Of a DNA stretch of 64,000 bases, positions 10,140 to 20,044 are shown in pieces. Position numbers and translations under genes: made by a program. The notes under the pieces are model-generated. The model made no database searches, had not been told where the DNA came from, and was given only the letters and a program-made list of their open reading frames with translations. Source of the DNA: an uncultured Clostridia bacterium (GTDB taxonomy: Bacteria; Bacillota; Clostridia; TANB77; CAG-508); contig CAKOYB010000001.1 of NCBI GenBank assembly GCA_934130435.1, forward strand, positions 1,664 through 65,663. The letters are read 5' to 3'. How positions within the stretch are numbered: position 1 is the first letter of the stretch; each line of letters opens with the position of its first letter.

Positions 10140-10948
10140 ATAAATTTCATATAAATTTCATTTTTATTTTTATTTAATTCTTTTGATATTTTTTTTATTA
10201 TTTCCTTTTTCTCTAGGCCCTGTTCTTTATATATATTATATAGCTCTTCGGCACTTAAATTTTTAAAGTCATCGTTTTCTTCTTTATTGCCTTCAATTAT
10301 AATTACATACTCTCCTTTAGGATTTTCTAATAATTTTAAAAGTTCTTTTGCAGTACCTCTAATATAATCTTCATGAATTTTGGTTAGCTCCTTTGCTAAT
10401 ACAATATCTCTTTCACCTATACATTGGCTTAGTTCATTTATAGTATTTTTTAATTTATGGGGAGCCTCATATAATATAATTGTATTTTTACTTTTTTTAA
10501 TCTCATTAAGTTTTTCTATTCTATTTTTTTTATTTAATGGTAAAAAGCCTATAAACAAAAATTCCTTAGCATCTATTCCCGATGCTATTAATGCTGTAAT
10601 TAATGCACATGCTCCTGGAATTGGTATTACTGGTATTTGATTTTTTATACATTCGCGTACTATCACATCTCCCGGATCTGAAATAATAGGCGTTCCTGCA
10701 TCTGTTATTAATGCTATATTTTTATTTTCCATCAACTTGTCTATTAATATGTTTGTTTTTATTTCTTCATTATGCCTGTGATAGCTTATTAATGGTTTAG
10801 ATATTTCTAAATGATTTAACAGTTTTAGTGATTGCCTTGTGTCTTCTGCTGCAATATAGTCTACTTCTTTTAATATTCTTATTGCCCTTAGTGTTATATC
10901 TTCTAAATTACCGATTGGTGTAGCAACTAAATATAGTTTTCCTGGCAT
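10127..10948 (-). CDS. rsmI: 16S rRNA (cytidine1402-2'-O)-methyltransferase RsmI
   Basis: 273 aa; tetrapyrrole-methylase fold starting MPGKLYLVATPIGNLEDITLRA. The ATG overlaps the stop of the upstream gene (TAATG). Confidence 0.85.
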   Translation of the reverse strand: MPGKLYLVATPIGNLEDITLRAIRILKEVDYIAAEDTRQSLKLLNHLEISKPLISYHRHNEEIKTNILIDKLMENKNIALITDAGTPIISDPGDVIVRECIKNQIPVIPIPGACALITALIASGIDAKEFLFIGFLPLNKKNRIEKLNEIKKSKNTIILYEAPHKLKNTINELSQCIGERDIVLAKELTKIHEDYIRGTAKELLKLLENPKGEYVIIIEGNKEENDDFKNLSAEELYNIYKEQGLEKKEIIKKISKELNKNKNEIYMKFIKRP

Positions 10949-11697
10949 TACTTACCTTCCTTTCCATAAATCTGTAAAATTTCATCTGTATATTCATTTA
11001 CTTTATTATATATAATTAATGGCTTTTCAATATTTATAAATGATTTTGCATTTTTAGTAGCCTTAATTAAGAAGAACTTTGGATTGCTATTATAATATGA
11101 TTGTACCATTCTTAATCTTTTTGGCTCCAAATTATATTTTCTTAGAATACATACTAAATCTACTAATCTTTCTGGTCTATGAACCATATATAAACTACAA
11201 TTATTTTTCAATAAGTTTGCTGCTATTTTTACGAAATCTTCTAAATTTGCAGTTATTTCGTGCCTTGAAATAAGCTTTAGTGAAGTTTCATTTTTTATTC
11301 CAGAATTATCTTTTTTATATGGTGGATTGCAAACTATTGCATCAATAGAATTTTTCTCAAATATTTCTTCTAATTCTTTTACATTTTTATTAATAATTTC
11401 AAATTTTTCTTCTAACTTATTAAGTTTTGCACTTTTTTGAGCCATTTCGCACACTTCTTTTTGAATATCTATTCCATATATTTTCTTTAATTTTGTCTTT
11501 TCACACAAAAGCGTTGCAATAATCCCTGTACCTGTTCCTAAGTCTAATACTTTTGAATTTGCTGGTATTTCCTTTGCAAAATCAGCTAATAAAATACTAT
11601 CAATACCAAAGCAAAATCCATTTGTGTTTTGGATTATTTTTAATCCATTTAATTGCAAATCATCTATTCTCTCATTTTTTTCTAATTTTATTTTCAT
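10948..11697 (-). CDS. tRNA1(Val) (adenine37-N6)-methyltransferase-like SAM-dependent MTase (YabB/TrmN6 family)
   Basis: SAM motif VLDLGTGTG and the NPPY motif (VCNPPYKK). Position conserved relative to rsmI and abrB. Confidence 0.7.
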   Translation of the reverse strand: MKIKLEKNERIDDLQLNGLKIIQNTNGFCFGIDSILLADFAKEIPANSKVLDLGTGTGIIATLLCEKTKLKKIYGIDIQKEVCEMAQKSAKLNKLEEKFEIINKNVKELEEIFEKNSIDAIVCNPPYKKDNSGIKNETSLKLISRHEITANLEDFVKIAANLLKNNCSLYMVHRPERLVDLVCILRKYNLEPKRLRMVQSYYNSNPKFFLIKATKNAKSFINIEKPLIIYNKVNEYTDEILQIYGKEGK

Positions 11698-11806
11698 TTT
11701 TTTCCTAACTTTTATTAAAAATTATTCATATTATATAATAAATTTAAATAAATTGCAAAGATTCTAGCTTTTCACTTTTTATTCTTTGCTTTTAACTGGA
11801 GGATTG

Positions 11807-11980
11807 TATGGTTCAGAAATATAATGTTAAAGACCTAAATGAATTTAGAGGTAAAAATAAAAAAAATAAATTTAAAAAATATAAAGAAAATACATTATGT
11901 TCTTTAAATGAGGTAGAAAATTTTTTAGGAAATTGGAAAAAAGCATGGAAAGGAATTATGCTTTTTAAAATATTAAAATA
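11807..11980 (+). CDS. Hypothetical small basic protein (57 aa)
   Basis: ATG preceded by GGAGG at proper spacing, followed by a hairpin terminator. Below the ORF-track length cutoff, so found by manual translation. No recognisable homology. Confidence 0.3.
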
Positions 11981-12000
11981 ACGAGAAACTCGTTATTTTA
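11981..12000. terminator. Short hairpin terminator (AACGAG-AAA-CTCGTT + T run)
   Basis: Inverted repeat followed by ATTTT. Lies between the small ORF and the convergent gerM-like gene. Confidence 0.4.
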
Positions 12001-12561
12001 ATCATTTCTTTTAAAGTTTTCTTTAAAACTTATTTTGTTATCCTTAAATGACTTATTTTCTTCTCCTTCTATTAATATTTTTACTTCCGATACCTCATTC
12101 AATTCTGTTAAAGTATTTACAATTGAATATACTATCATACTTTCTTCATCTATTCCTTCTTTAGCGTTTTCTATAAATTCTTTTGATAAATCCACATATA
12201 CTGTGTTTTCTTTTATTGTACAGCTATTAACTTTTGTTCCTTCTGGTATAACACAACTTAATTTTTCACTCTCTGGCCCCTTTATCAGTTGCTCTATAAG
12301 GTATTTATATGGCTCATTATATAGTTCCTTTACATCAATACATCTTGATTCCGGAATTACAGAATTTGTTTCATTGTTCTTAAAGTATAGTGAAATTATA
12401 GTTTTTCTAATTTGGCTTTCCGATATTTCTTCTTGTGGAATATATTCATTTATCTCTTCTTTTTTATTTTTATTATTTAAAACTATATATACAGTAGCTA
12501 ATATAAGTAAAATTAATATTATTCCAAGTATAATTAATGTTCTGGCTTTCTTAAATTTCAT
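11998..12561 (-). CDS. GerMN-domain sporulation/germination lipoprotein-like protein
   Basis: 187 aa with an N-terminal TM/signal anchor and a GerMN-type domain pattern (LYF..., LIKGP, VYVDLSKEF, IVNTLTEL..V..V.ILIEG). Confidence 0.5.
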   Translation of the reverse strand: MKFKKARTLIILGIILILLILATVYIVLNNKNKKEEINEYIPQEEISESQIRKTIISLYFKNNETNSVIPESRCIDVKELYNEPYKYLIEQLIKGPESEKLSCVIPEGTKVNSCTIKENTVYVDLSKEFIENAKEGIDEESMIVYSIVNTLTELNEVSEVKILIEGEENKSFKDNKISFKENFKRND

Positions 12562-12633
12562 TAAATATTCCTCCTAAAAAAATAATTTACTTAATAATAT
12601 TAAGTAAATTATTTTTTTAGAACTTTTTTATCA

Positions 12634-14466
12634 TTATGGTTCTAAATTATCTTGTGTATTTGTTTGTGTTATATCTGTTTTTGTTTGTCCATTTTCTCCT
12701 TGATTATTTTTATCTTCTTGCTTATTTACAGTTTTCTTTTTAGTTCCAACCATTACTATTTTATTCATTGGAAGATATGTATCAGATGATAATGTCTCTT
12801 TATTTATTATTTTTCCATTTTGTTTAGTTATTTTATAAGTTATGCTTTTGTACCCATTATAACCTTTTTGTATTATTTTTTGTTTTCCTTCATCTAAAGT
12901 ATTTGTGTTTTGATATATAGTGTTGCATGGTGTTCTGCTAAGCACTTTGCTTTCTAGTTGAATTTCATTCTCATTTTCTTCTTTTATTCCCTTTATCGAG
13001 ATACTAACTGTACCATTTTTTGCAACGCCTTCTATTTTAATTGGATATTTTCTACTATTTTTAAATTTAAAGTCTTTTCCACCATATGAAACTGTTGCAT
13101 CTCTACCAGCAGGAACATAGCTTACTGCATATGTATGGTTATACCTTTGAACTATTTCTAGATTTGCATATAAAACTGCATTATATAGCGTTGTAGATAC
13201 TTGACATATTCCTCCACCATATGCTTGAACAACCTGCCCATTAACATATGCTCCGCCAAGTTTATATCCTTTTTCTTTAGTTGTGTTTCCTATTACTTTG
13301 TTGTAAGAAAAAACTTCCCCAGGCTTTAAAATTGTTCCATTTAATGTTTTGGCTGCAAGTGCTATATTACTTGCTCTATTTGTATTTCCTGCATCGAAAA
13401 CAGTAGTAAATTTAGATAAATATTCCTTAAATACCTTTTCTCCTAAATCTGAAACTGTTTTATTTGGTTTTGTTATTTTTAGTGGAATTTCATACTCTGT
13501 TTTTTCTTCTTCTATTATTTTTTTCGCTTCTTCCATATCTATATCAAAATCCAAACCATTTTGTTCAACATGTATTTCAAATGGATCTTCAGAAATATAA
13601 GCATCTTCTGGCTCTTTATATATTTCATTATGTATTTTTTCTAGATTTATTTTCTCTGGTTTTTGATTATCAACTTCTATATTAACAATATTGTCTTTAT
13701 CTTTCTCATTTAATAATTTTTTTATCTTTTTTAGTATGTTTTTCTCTAATAGGTCTTCTTTTACTATTAATCCTTCTTTTCCGTTTGTTATTATTAGTTT
13801 ATCTTTATCTATTTCATATGAATAATTTTCAATTTTTCCTGGTATTTCTTCTTCTATTGTTTTTAAGATACCATTTAAAATATCGTTATTATAATTAATA
13901 GTAATTTTCAAATTCTTCTTAATTATACTTGATAATAAAATTTGATAGTTATCAATTATTATATTGTTTCTTCTTCCAATTTTATAAGCATCATCAACTG
14001 CTTTCTTTATATTAATATCTAGTTCTATTTGTTCAGGTGTAATATTTTTTATATAATCATTATATTTTATTTGTATTTCTTCTTTTTTTATACTCTCTAC
14101 TCTATTGTTTATTTTATTATATGCTTCTTCTCTGGTTAAGTTTGATACATCTATTCCTTCAATATTTATACCATTAATTATCTTTTCATTGTTTAAGTTT
14201 AGTATTGCAAATACTGTCGAAATTACCATTAAAAATAATGTAACAATTAAAATAATTAATACTCTCTTTTTTACGTTAATTTTTTTAAGATCTTTTTCCG
14301 TTTGATTTTCTTCTGCCTCTGATGTCTCTGTATTTATATTGGTTTCTTGGTTGTTTGTATTTTCTTCGATATCATTTTCCATTTCTAATTTAGAGTTTTC
14401 TTCTAACTTTTCATTGCTTTCTGTTGTTTGTTCCACTGTTTTATCTTTTTTATTTTCTTCTTCCAT
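12634..14466 (-). CDS. VanW-family protein with C-terminal G5 domain
   Basis: 610 aa with an N-terminal TM helix and the VanW core (GGGICQVSTTLYNAVL...). C-terminal G5-like region. Confidence 0.8.
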   Translation of the reverse strand: MEEENKKDKTVEQTTESNEKLEENSKLEMENDIEENTNNQETNINTETSEAEENQTEKDLKKINVKKRVLIILIVTLFLMVISTVFAILNLNNEKIINGINIEGIDVSNLTREEAYNKINNRVESIKKEEIQIKYNDYIKNITPEQIELDINIKKAVDDAYKIGRRNNIIIDNYQILLSSIIKKNLKITINYNNDILNGILKTIEEEIPGKIENYSYEIDKDKLIITNGKEGLIVKEDLLEKNILKKIKKLLNEKDKDNIVNIEVDNQKPEKINLEKIHNEIYKEPEDAYISEDPFEIHVEQNGLDFDIDMEEAKKIIEEEKTEYEIPLKITKPNKTVSDLGEKVFKEYLSKFTTVFDAGNTNRASNIALAAKTLNGTILKPGEVFSYNKVIGNTTKEKGYKLGGAYVNGQVVQAYGGGICQVSTTLYNAVLYANLEIVQRYNHTYAVSYVPAGRDATVSYGGKDFKFKNSRKYPIKIEGVAKNGTVSISIKGIKEENENEIQLESKVLSRTPCNTIYQNTNTLDEGKQKIIQKGYNGYKSITYKITKQNGKIINKETLSSDTYLPMNKIVMVGTKKKTVNKQEDKNNQGENGQTKTDITQTNTQDNLEP

Positions 14467-14640
14467 ATTTGCCCTCCAGAAACAAAATTATTCTATATAA
14501 AAACATTATTATGCAATAACAAAATATTATCATAAAAGACAAAACTTTACAATATAATTTTATTTAAATAAATTCTTAATTAGGATAATAACTCTTTAAT
14601 TGTTTTTTAATTTTATTCTATTTTTTCTTCTTTATAACAA

Positions 14641-14838
14641 TTATTCATTAAAAAAAATTTTAGGAATTGATATATCTAGTGCAATAGAAATACTTTCCAT
14701 TACTTCTGTTGATGGATTGTCTCTTTCTCCTCTTTCTAAATGTGATAAATACCCTGCTGATATTCCTGCTTTGTCAGCAAGTTCTTGTAATTTCAATCCT
14801 CTTTTTTCCCTATATTCTCTTATCTTATTTTTATACAT
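14641..14838 (-). CDS. XRE-family helix-turn-helix transcriptional regulator (Cro/SinR-like)
   Basis: 65 aa; HTH_3 motif LKLQELADKAGISAGYLSHLERGER. Confidence 0.7.
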   Translation of the reverse strand: MYKNKIREYREKRGLKLQELADKAGISAGYLSHLERGERDNPSTEVMESISIALDISIPKIFFNE

Positions 14839-15005
14839 TTTTCACCTCTTGTGCCAATTTATTTGTCAAAATGTTATCATATTACAAATTGACAAGTCAA
14901 TACTTTTGTGTTATTTTAATAAAAAATTATTTTTTATTATACTACTAGACAAAATTTATATTATTTTATATAATAATGTATATTTATAGAAAAAGAGGTA
15001 TTATT

Positions 15006-15575
15006 ATGATTGGTGACATGATATCAAAAGCTAGAAAAGAAAAAGGAATGACAAAAACTGAACTTGCTAGACTTACAGAGATTAATATTGGTCATTTAAC
15101 TCACATTGAAAAAGGTGAAAGAAATCCAAGTCATAAAGCTTTAAAAAACATTTGTAAGGCTTTGAATATTCCTTATCAGCAATTAATGTATACATATGAT
15201 AAAACTGTAAATGAAGAACAAGAGTCTTATAATGTCATAAAACATATATCTTATAATAAAATGATAGCTGTAGACAACATTGGTGGTTTTATTGATTGTC
15301 CTCCTAATGTTCCAAGTTCTGCAATTGCATTAAAAGTCAAAGATGATTCAATGACATCTGTTTTTCCAAAAAATTCTTATGTATATGTGGAATTTAATTC
15401 CCCGCTTTCTAATAAGGATTTTGGTGTTTTTTGCTATAATAATAAAATATTAATAAGAAAATTCTTTGTTAGAAACGGAAAAATCACATTAAAAGCTTCT
15501 AATAAAGATTTTGAAGATATTAAAGTGTCAGATAATGACATATTCTATATTATTGGAAAGATTCTTGAAAAATAA
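15006..15575 (+). CDS. XRE-family repressor with C-terminal S24 LexA/CI-like peptidase domain
   Basis: HTH (MTKTELARLTEINIGHLTHIEKGER) plus an S24 domain with an Ser/Lys dyad context (KVKDDSM ... LIRKF). Start chosen at the ATG preceded by AAGAGG, not the upstream in-frame Met of the ORF track. Confidence 0.7.
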   Translation: MIGDMISKARKEKGMTKTELARLTEINIGHLTHIEKGERNPSHKALKNICKALNIPYQQLMYTYDKTVNEEQESYNVIKHISYNKMIAVDNIGGFIDCPPNVPSSAIALKVKDDSMTSVFPKNSYVYVEFNSPLSNKDFGVFCYNNKILIRKFFVRNGKITLKASNKDFEDIKVSDNDIFYIIGKILEK

Positions 15576-15661
15576 AATTATTTTTTATCAAAAATACTTG
15601 ATTTTAAAAATTTATAATAATATAATATTTATACTAAAGATGAAAATTTGAGGAGAAAAAA

Positions 15662-16123
15662 ATGGAATTATTAAAAAATATATTTTTTAATACAGATAAA
15701 TTAATTCAAGGTTCTAGTGTTAAAATTTCATACACTGGTTGTTTATATAATGAACATTCTTCTAATGTTTATCTACATTATGGATATGATAACGAATGGA
15801 AAGAAATAAATGAAATTCAAATGGAAAAAACCGATCTAGGTTTCCAAGCAGAATTAATTCTGCTTCCTTATTCTACATTAAATCTTTGCTTCAGAGATGA
15901 TAATGGAAATTGGGATAATAATCAGAATGCTAATTACATATTTGATATTTCACCTGTAGAGACTGCTTTAACATTATGTGAAGAAAACTCTGTTGATACT
16001 CGAAGACCATTAAGAAAATCATATATTTGGAGTAAAAAAATAAGATTAGCTATATATAAAATATTAGTTTATGTTCCAAAATTAATATCAGGAAATTATA
16101 AAAGAAAAATAACAGAAGAATAA
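15662..16123 (+). CDS. Hypothetical protein with a CBM25/26-like carbohydrate (starch)-binding module signature
   Basis: 153 aa with no signal peptide. Motif VYLHYGYDNEWKEINEIQMEK...FRDDNGNWDNNQNANY resembles CBM25. Confidence 0.35.
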   Translation: MELLKNIFFNTDKLIQGSSVKISYTGCLYNEHSSNVYLHYGYDNEWKEINEIQMEKTDLGFQAELILLPYSTLNLCFRDDNGNWDNNQNANYIFDISPVETALTLCEENSVDTRRPLRKSYIWSKKIRLAIYKILVYVPKLISGNYKRKITEE

Positions 16124-16159
16124 TAAAATAAAAAGTAATTTCTCGTATTTTTGTTAAAG

Positions 16160-16197
16160 AAAAAGAATGTCAATTGAATTTGACATTCTTTTTCTTT
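16160..16197. terminator. Bidirectional terminator between 15662..16123 and the convergent SDR gene
   Basis: AGAATGTCAA-TTGA-ATTGACATTCT hairpin followed by a T run. Confidence 0.55.
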
Positions 16198-16921
16198 ATA
16201 TATTCCAACCTCCATTAACGGAAATTATTTGCCCTGATATATATTCATCATCTATTAGCCATCTTATGCTTTTTACAATTTCCTCTGGCTCAGCTATTCT
16301 TCCTAATGGAATTTCCTTTTTTATCTCTTCTAGATCCTCTTTAGTTAAATCTTTATTCATATCTGTATTTATTAACCCTGGTGCAATTGAATTAACTCTT
16401 ATATTTGATGGTCCTAATTCTTTTGCCAGTGCTTTGGTCATTCCGTCTACAGCTGCTTTTGAAGCACTATAATGTACCTCGCATGATGCACCCATAATTC
16501 CCCAAATTGAAGAAATATTAATAATACATCCTTTTTTATTATGTATCATATTTTCTAATACTTCCTGTGTACAATAAAAAACTGAGTTTAAGTTTACATT
16601 CATCATTGTATTCCAGTCTTCTTCTGTTATATCCATAAAAGGTTTTATTTGATCTATTCCAGCATTATTTATTAATATATCTATGTTTTTAAACTTATCC
16701 AAAGTAAATTTAACTAATTTTTTTACTTCGTCCTTTTTAGAAACATCAGCTTTAAAAGTCTCTATATGAATATTATCCTCTGCTAGTTCTTTTTTAATTT
16801 CTTCTGCTGCTTCTTGTGACTTATTATAATTTAAAACAACATTATAGTTTTCCTTAGCTAATGTTCTTACTATCGCAGCTCCAATTCCTCTTGAGCCACC
16901 TGTAACAATTATTGTTTTCAT
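16196..16921 (-). CDS. SDR-family oxidoreductase (3-oxoacyl-ACP reductase FabG-like)
   Basis: TGGSRGIG Rossmann motif, NNAG, and catalytic S...YSASK. Confidence 0.8.
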   Translation of the reverse strand: MKTIIVTGGSRGIGAAIVRTLAKENYNVVLNYNKSQEAAEEIKKELAEDNIHIETFKADVSKKDEVKKLVKFTLDKFKNIDILINNAGIDQIKPFMDITEEDWNTMMNVNLNSVFYCTQEVLENMIHNKKGCIINISSIWGIMGASCEVHYSASKAAVDGMTKALAKELGPSNIRVNSIAPGLINTDMNKDLTKEDLEEIKKEIPLGRIAEPEEIVKSIRWLIDDEYISGQIISVNGGWNI

Positions 16922-17112
16922 GTGTCCTCCTTTATGAATTTGCTTAATATTTTTTATTTTTTTCCAATTATGCTCATTCTTTAAAATGAATAAAGCAATT
17001 TAAATCTCCCTTTGTTTTCGCCGATTTGAGTTTCCGAATACAATAAGGAAACCTTAAAGGCACTAGCAATTATAGCATTTTTTATATAATAGGAAACGAG
17101 AAATTTTCTAGT

Positions 17113-17158
17113 ATATAAAAAAATCAAGAATTAAGATTTCTCAAAACTCTTGATCTTT
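17113..17158 (-). terminator. Terminator downstream of the minus-strand tRNA-Lys/Glu/Thr cluster
   Basis: On the minus strand: ATCAAGAG...CTTGAT hairpin followed by TTTTTTT. Confidence 0.45.
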
Positions 17159-17234
<76 letters not shown>

Positions 17235-17244
17235 AATATGAAAT

Positions 17245-17319
17245 TGGTGACCCCTACGGGAATCGAACCCATGTCTCCGCCGTGAAAGGGCGATGTCTTA
17301 ACCGCTTGACCAAGGGGCC
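17245..17319 (-). tRNA. tRNA-Glu (anticodon TTC)
   Basis: Reverse complement GGCCCCTTGGTCAAGCGGTTAAGACA..CTTTCAC..GGTTCGATTCCC..CCA. Confidence 0.8.
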
Positions 17320-17323
17320 TCAT

Positions 17324-17399
17324 TGGTGAGCCATCGCAGACTCGAACTGCGGACAACTTGATTAAAAGTCAAGTGCTCTACCACCTGAGCTAATGGCCC
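17324..17399 (-). tRNA. tRNA-Lys (anticodon TTT)
   Basis: Reverse complement GGGCCATTAGCTCAGGTGGTAGAGC..CTTGA-CTTTTAA-TCAAG..GGTTCGAGTC..CCA. Confidence 0.8.
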
Positions 17400-17502
17400 A
17401 TGTCACCAATAATTAATAATATAAGCAGTCTTAAGTGCGACTGCCTATATATCATACTATATTTTTTCTCTCATGTCAATTGTTTTGTTAAAATTTTTAA
17501 AA

Positions 17503-17700
17503 TTATTTATTTAATTTTTCAATTATTTCATTGACATCTATTCCATGTACCATACATGCTTCTTCTATAGTTTCTGCTTGTGAAGCAGGACATCCTAAGC
17601 AGTGCATTCCTGCTTCTAATAATATTTCTGCTTTTTCTGGGCTATTTTCTAATAATTCCCCTATTGTCATATTTTTATCAATTTTCATTTTATCTTTCAA
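17503..17700 (-). CDS. DUF1858 hybrid-cluster-protein-associated redox disulfide domain protein
   Basis: 65 aa; MTIGELLENSPEKAEILLEAGMHCLGCPASQAETIEEACMVHGID matches the DUF1858/TIGR03980 pattern. Confidence 0.65.
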   Translation of the reverse strand: MKDKMKIDKNMTIGELLENSPEKAEILLEAGMHCLGCPASQAETIEEACMVHGIDVNEIIEKLNK

Positions 17701-17982
17701 ATATATTAAAAATATATTTTCTCCTTTCTAATTTTTTAATTATTTTATCATATTTTTTTAAAAAAGTATAGACAATATAAAAAATTTATTGTATTATGGT
17801 AAAAAATGTAAAAGGTGGTGATGTGTATTGATGTATTATTAGTTTTATTTTTTATCTTTTTTATTTTAAATGTTTCTATTTGTTTTTATTCAATTTATTT
17901 ATTTTTTGATATAAAAATTTTCCACAATTTGCAAGGTTCAAAATTAAATATTAAGAAAAATTCTTTATTTTAGGAGTAGTCT

Positions 17983-19710
17983 ATGTTTGTTAGTACTTTT
18001 AAGAGAAGGCTTATTTTTGTTTGTCTTTTTATGTTTTTAATCTTTTTCTTATATCTTTATTTTTTTTATTCAATTTTTTTGTCTGATAGTATAATTATTT
18101 TCTTTGCTATTCATCCATTTAATATTTGTAAAGAATACCCTAATGAATGGTTTATTTTTAAGAAATTCTTTATTATCACGGCTTTTTTCTCTAACTTAAT
18201 TATTTCAAATGTTTTATATTCAAATATTTTTAATAAGTCTTCTCAAACAAGTTATAACAATTATTCTCCATCTAATTTATCAGATTTATCATTGTATCTT
18301 GGAAATAACACTTTAAATGAACCTATATATATTCCCTCTTCTGGATTATATCAAAATATTCTTGTTACTGGAACAATAGGAACTGGCAAGACCAGCTCTG
18401 CTCTTTATCCTTTCACCCAGCAATTAATTTCATATAAATGTAATTCTTCGACTGAAAAAATTGGAATTCTTATATTGGATGTAAAGGGAAACTACTTTAA
18501 ACAAGTAAAAAAATATTGTTATGATTACAACAGAATTAATGATTTAATTATTATTGATTTAAATAATTCTACTTTTTATAATCCTCTGGATAAACCATAT
18601 TTGAAAGCATCAGTTTTAGCTAATAGATTAAAAACAATTCTTTGTTTATTTTCAAAAAACAATTCTGAATCATATTGGTTAGATAAAGCAGAGCAGGTCC
18701 TTGCTGAGTGCATTAAACTATGTAGACTTTATAATAATAACTATGTAACTTTTTTAGAAATTCATAATTTAATTACAATACCTAATTATTATTCTGATAA
18801 AGTTAAACAGCTAAGAGAACTTTTTATATCTGGAGCTTTTTCAGAAAAAGACTGTTTTAGTCTATTATCTTCCTTAAATTTTTTTGAAAAGGAATTTTCT
18901 CAATTAGATCCCCGAACATTATCTATATTAAAATCAGAAATCACTCTAATTACTAGTTGTTTTGTTTCTGATTTTGAAATAAAAAATATTTTTTGCCCAT
19001 CAAAAGAAAAAATAAATTTTCATGGATTCTCTGACTTAATAAAAAAAGGCAAAATTGTAGTTTTAAATATGAATATCTCAGAATATAAAAATTTGTCAAA
19101 AATAATAGCTGCATATTTAAAACTCGATTTTCAGTCAGAAATCTTGTCTCAACTATCTTATGGCTCAGCTAAACGAACTACAGCTTTTATAAGCGATGAG
19201 TATCAAGAGTATGTTACAGAAACTGATGCAGATTTTTTTTCTCAAAGTAGAGAAGCAAAATGTATTAACATTGTTTCTACTCAAAGCTATACTTCACTTC
19301 TTAATACTCTAAATAACAAATATGCTGTTCAAACTATTATTCAAAATCTTGTAAATAAATTATGGTTTAGAACAGATGATCTTTTTACAATTGAAGAGGC
19401 TCAAAAACAAATTGGAAAAACAGATAAACTTAAATATTCTAAAACAATTTCTGAAAACTCAAAAGAAACAAATTATAGTTTTATTGCGAAATCGTTTACT
19501 TCTGTAGATTCAAATATTTCAGAGAGCATAAATAGTTATTATAACTTTGACTACATTTATGATACTAATTTTTTTACTCAAAATTTAGAGACATTCTCAT
19601 GTCTCGGTTTTATTTCAAATGGTTCTTATATCTGCCCTCCTCAAAAAATTTCTTTAATTCCTTATTTTAAAAAAAATCTTAATTCAAATGGAGGTTACAA
19701 TGAAAAATAA
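17983..19710 (+). CDS. Type IV secretion coupling-protein-like ATPase (VirD4/TraG/TraD family)
   Basis: 575 aa. Two N-terminal TM helices, Walker A VTGTIGTGKTS, then ILILDVKGNY (the ilDpKGe motif of T4CPs). Size typical of Firmicutes T4CPs. Confidence 0.55.
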   Translation: MFVSTFKRRLIFVCLFMFLIFFLYLYFFYSIFLSDSIIIFFAIHPFNICKEYPNEWFIFKKFFIITAFFSNLIISNVLYSNIFNKSSQTSYNNYSPSNLSDLSLYLGNNTLNEPIYIPSSGLYQNILVTGTIGTGKTSSALYPFTQQLISYKCNSSTEKIGILILDVKGNYFKQVKKYCYDYNRINDLIIIDLNNSTFYNPLDKPYLKASVLANRLKTILCLFSKNNSESYWLDKAEQVLAECIKLCRLYNNNYVTFLEIHNLITIPNYYSDKVKQLRELFISGAFSEKDCFSLLSSLNFFEKEFSQLDPRTLSILKSEITLITSCFVSDFEIKNIFCPSKEKINFHGFSDLIKKGKIVVLNMNISEYKNLSKIIAAYLKLDFQSEILSQLSYGSAKRTTAFISDEYQEYVTETDADFFSQSREAKCINIVSTQSYTSLLNTLNNKYAVQTIIQNLVNKLWFRTDDLFTIEEAQKQIGKTDKLKYSKTISENSKETNYSFIAKSFTSVDSNISESINSYYNFDYIYDTNFFTQNLETFSCLGFISNGSYICPPQKISLIPYFKKNLNSNGGYNEK

Positions 19711-20023
19711 ATTAAATTTTATTTTTTTATTTTCTATTTTGTTTTTATTTTTATTCTCGCCTTTTTGTAATGCTGCATATTATCCCGATTTAGTTTCCAA
19801 ATTATTTAAAGCTTTTGAAAAGATAGAAAGTTGGTTTTTAAAGCTTTCTACTCCTGCAGCAGCTGTTGCTATATGTACTGGCGTTTTTATGAAAAAATTA
19901 AGCTTTGGAGATGAAGAAAAAATCAGAACTGGAAAAAAAATAATTCGAGGCTCAATTTTTTCATATGCTTTTATTTTATTAACAAATTTAATTCTTTCTG
20001 CTATCCAAGCCCTTTTAAAATAG
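19700..20023 (+). CDS. VirB2/TrbC-like pilin-like small membrane protein
   Basis: Signal peptide ending ...FCNA. Then hydrophobic helix, a charged loop KKLSFGDEEKIRTGKK, and a second hydrophobic helix: VirB2-like topology. Start at ATG 19700 after GGAGG; it overlaps the end of the T4CP-like gene. Confidence 0.45.
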   Translation: MKNKLNFIFLFSILFLFLFSPFCNAAYYPDLVSKLFKAFEKIESWFLKLSTPAAAVAICTGVFMKKLSFGDEEKIRTGKKIIRGSIFSYAFILLTNLILSAIQALLK

Positions 20024-20044
20024 TTCTAAAAGGAGTATTTTGTA

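Noticed and set aside
14600-14989. 129-aa and 79-aa plus-strand ORFs overlapping the XRE regulator and its upstream region
   Set aside because: Antisense to a convincing HTH gene and extending through an intergenic promoter region; low-complexity translation.
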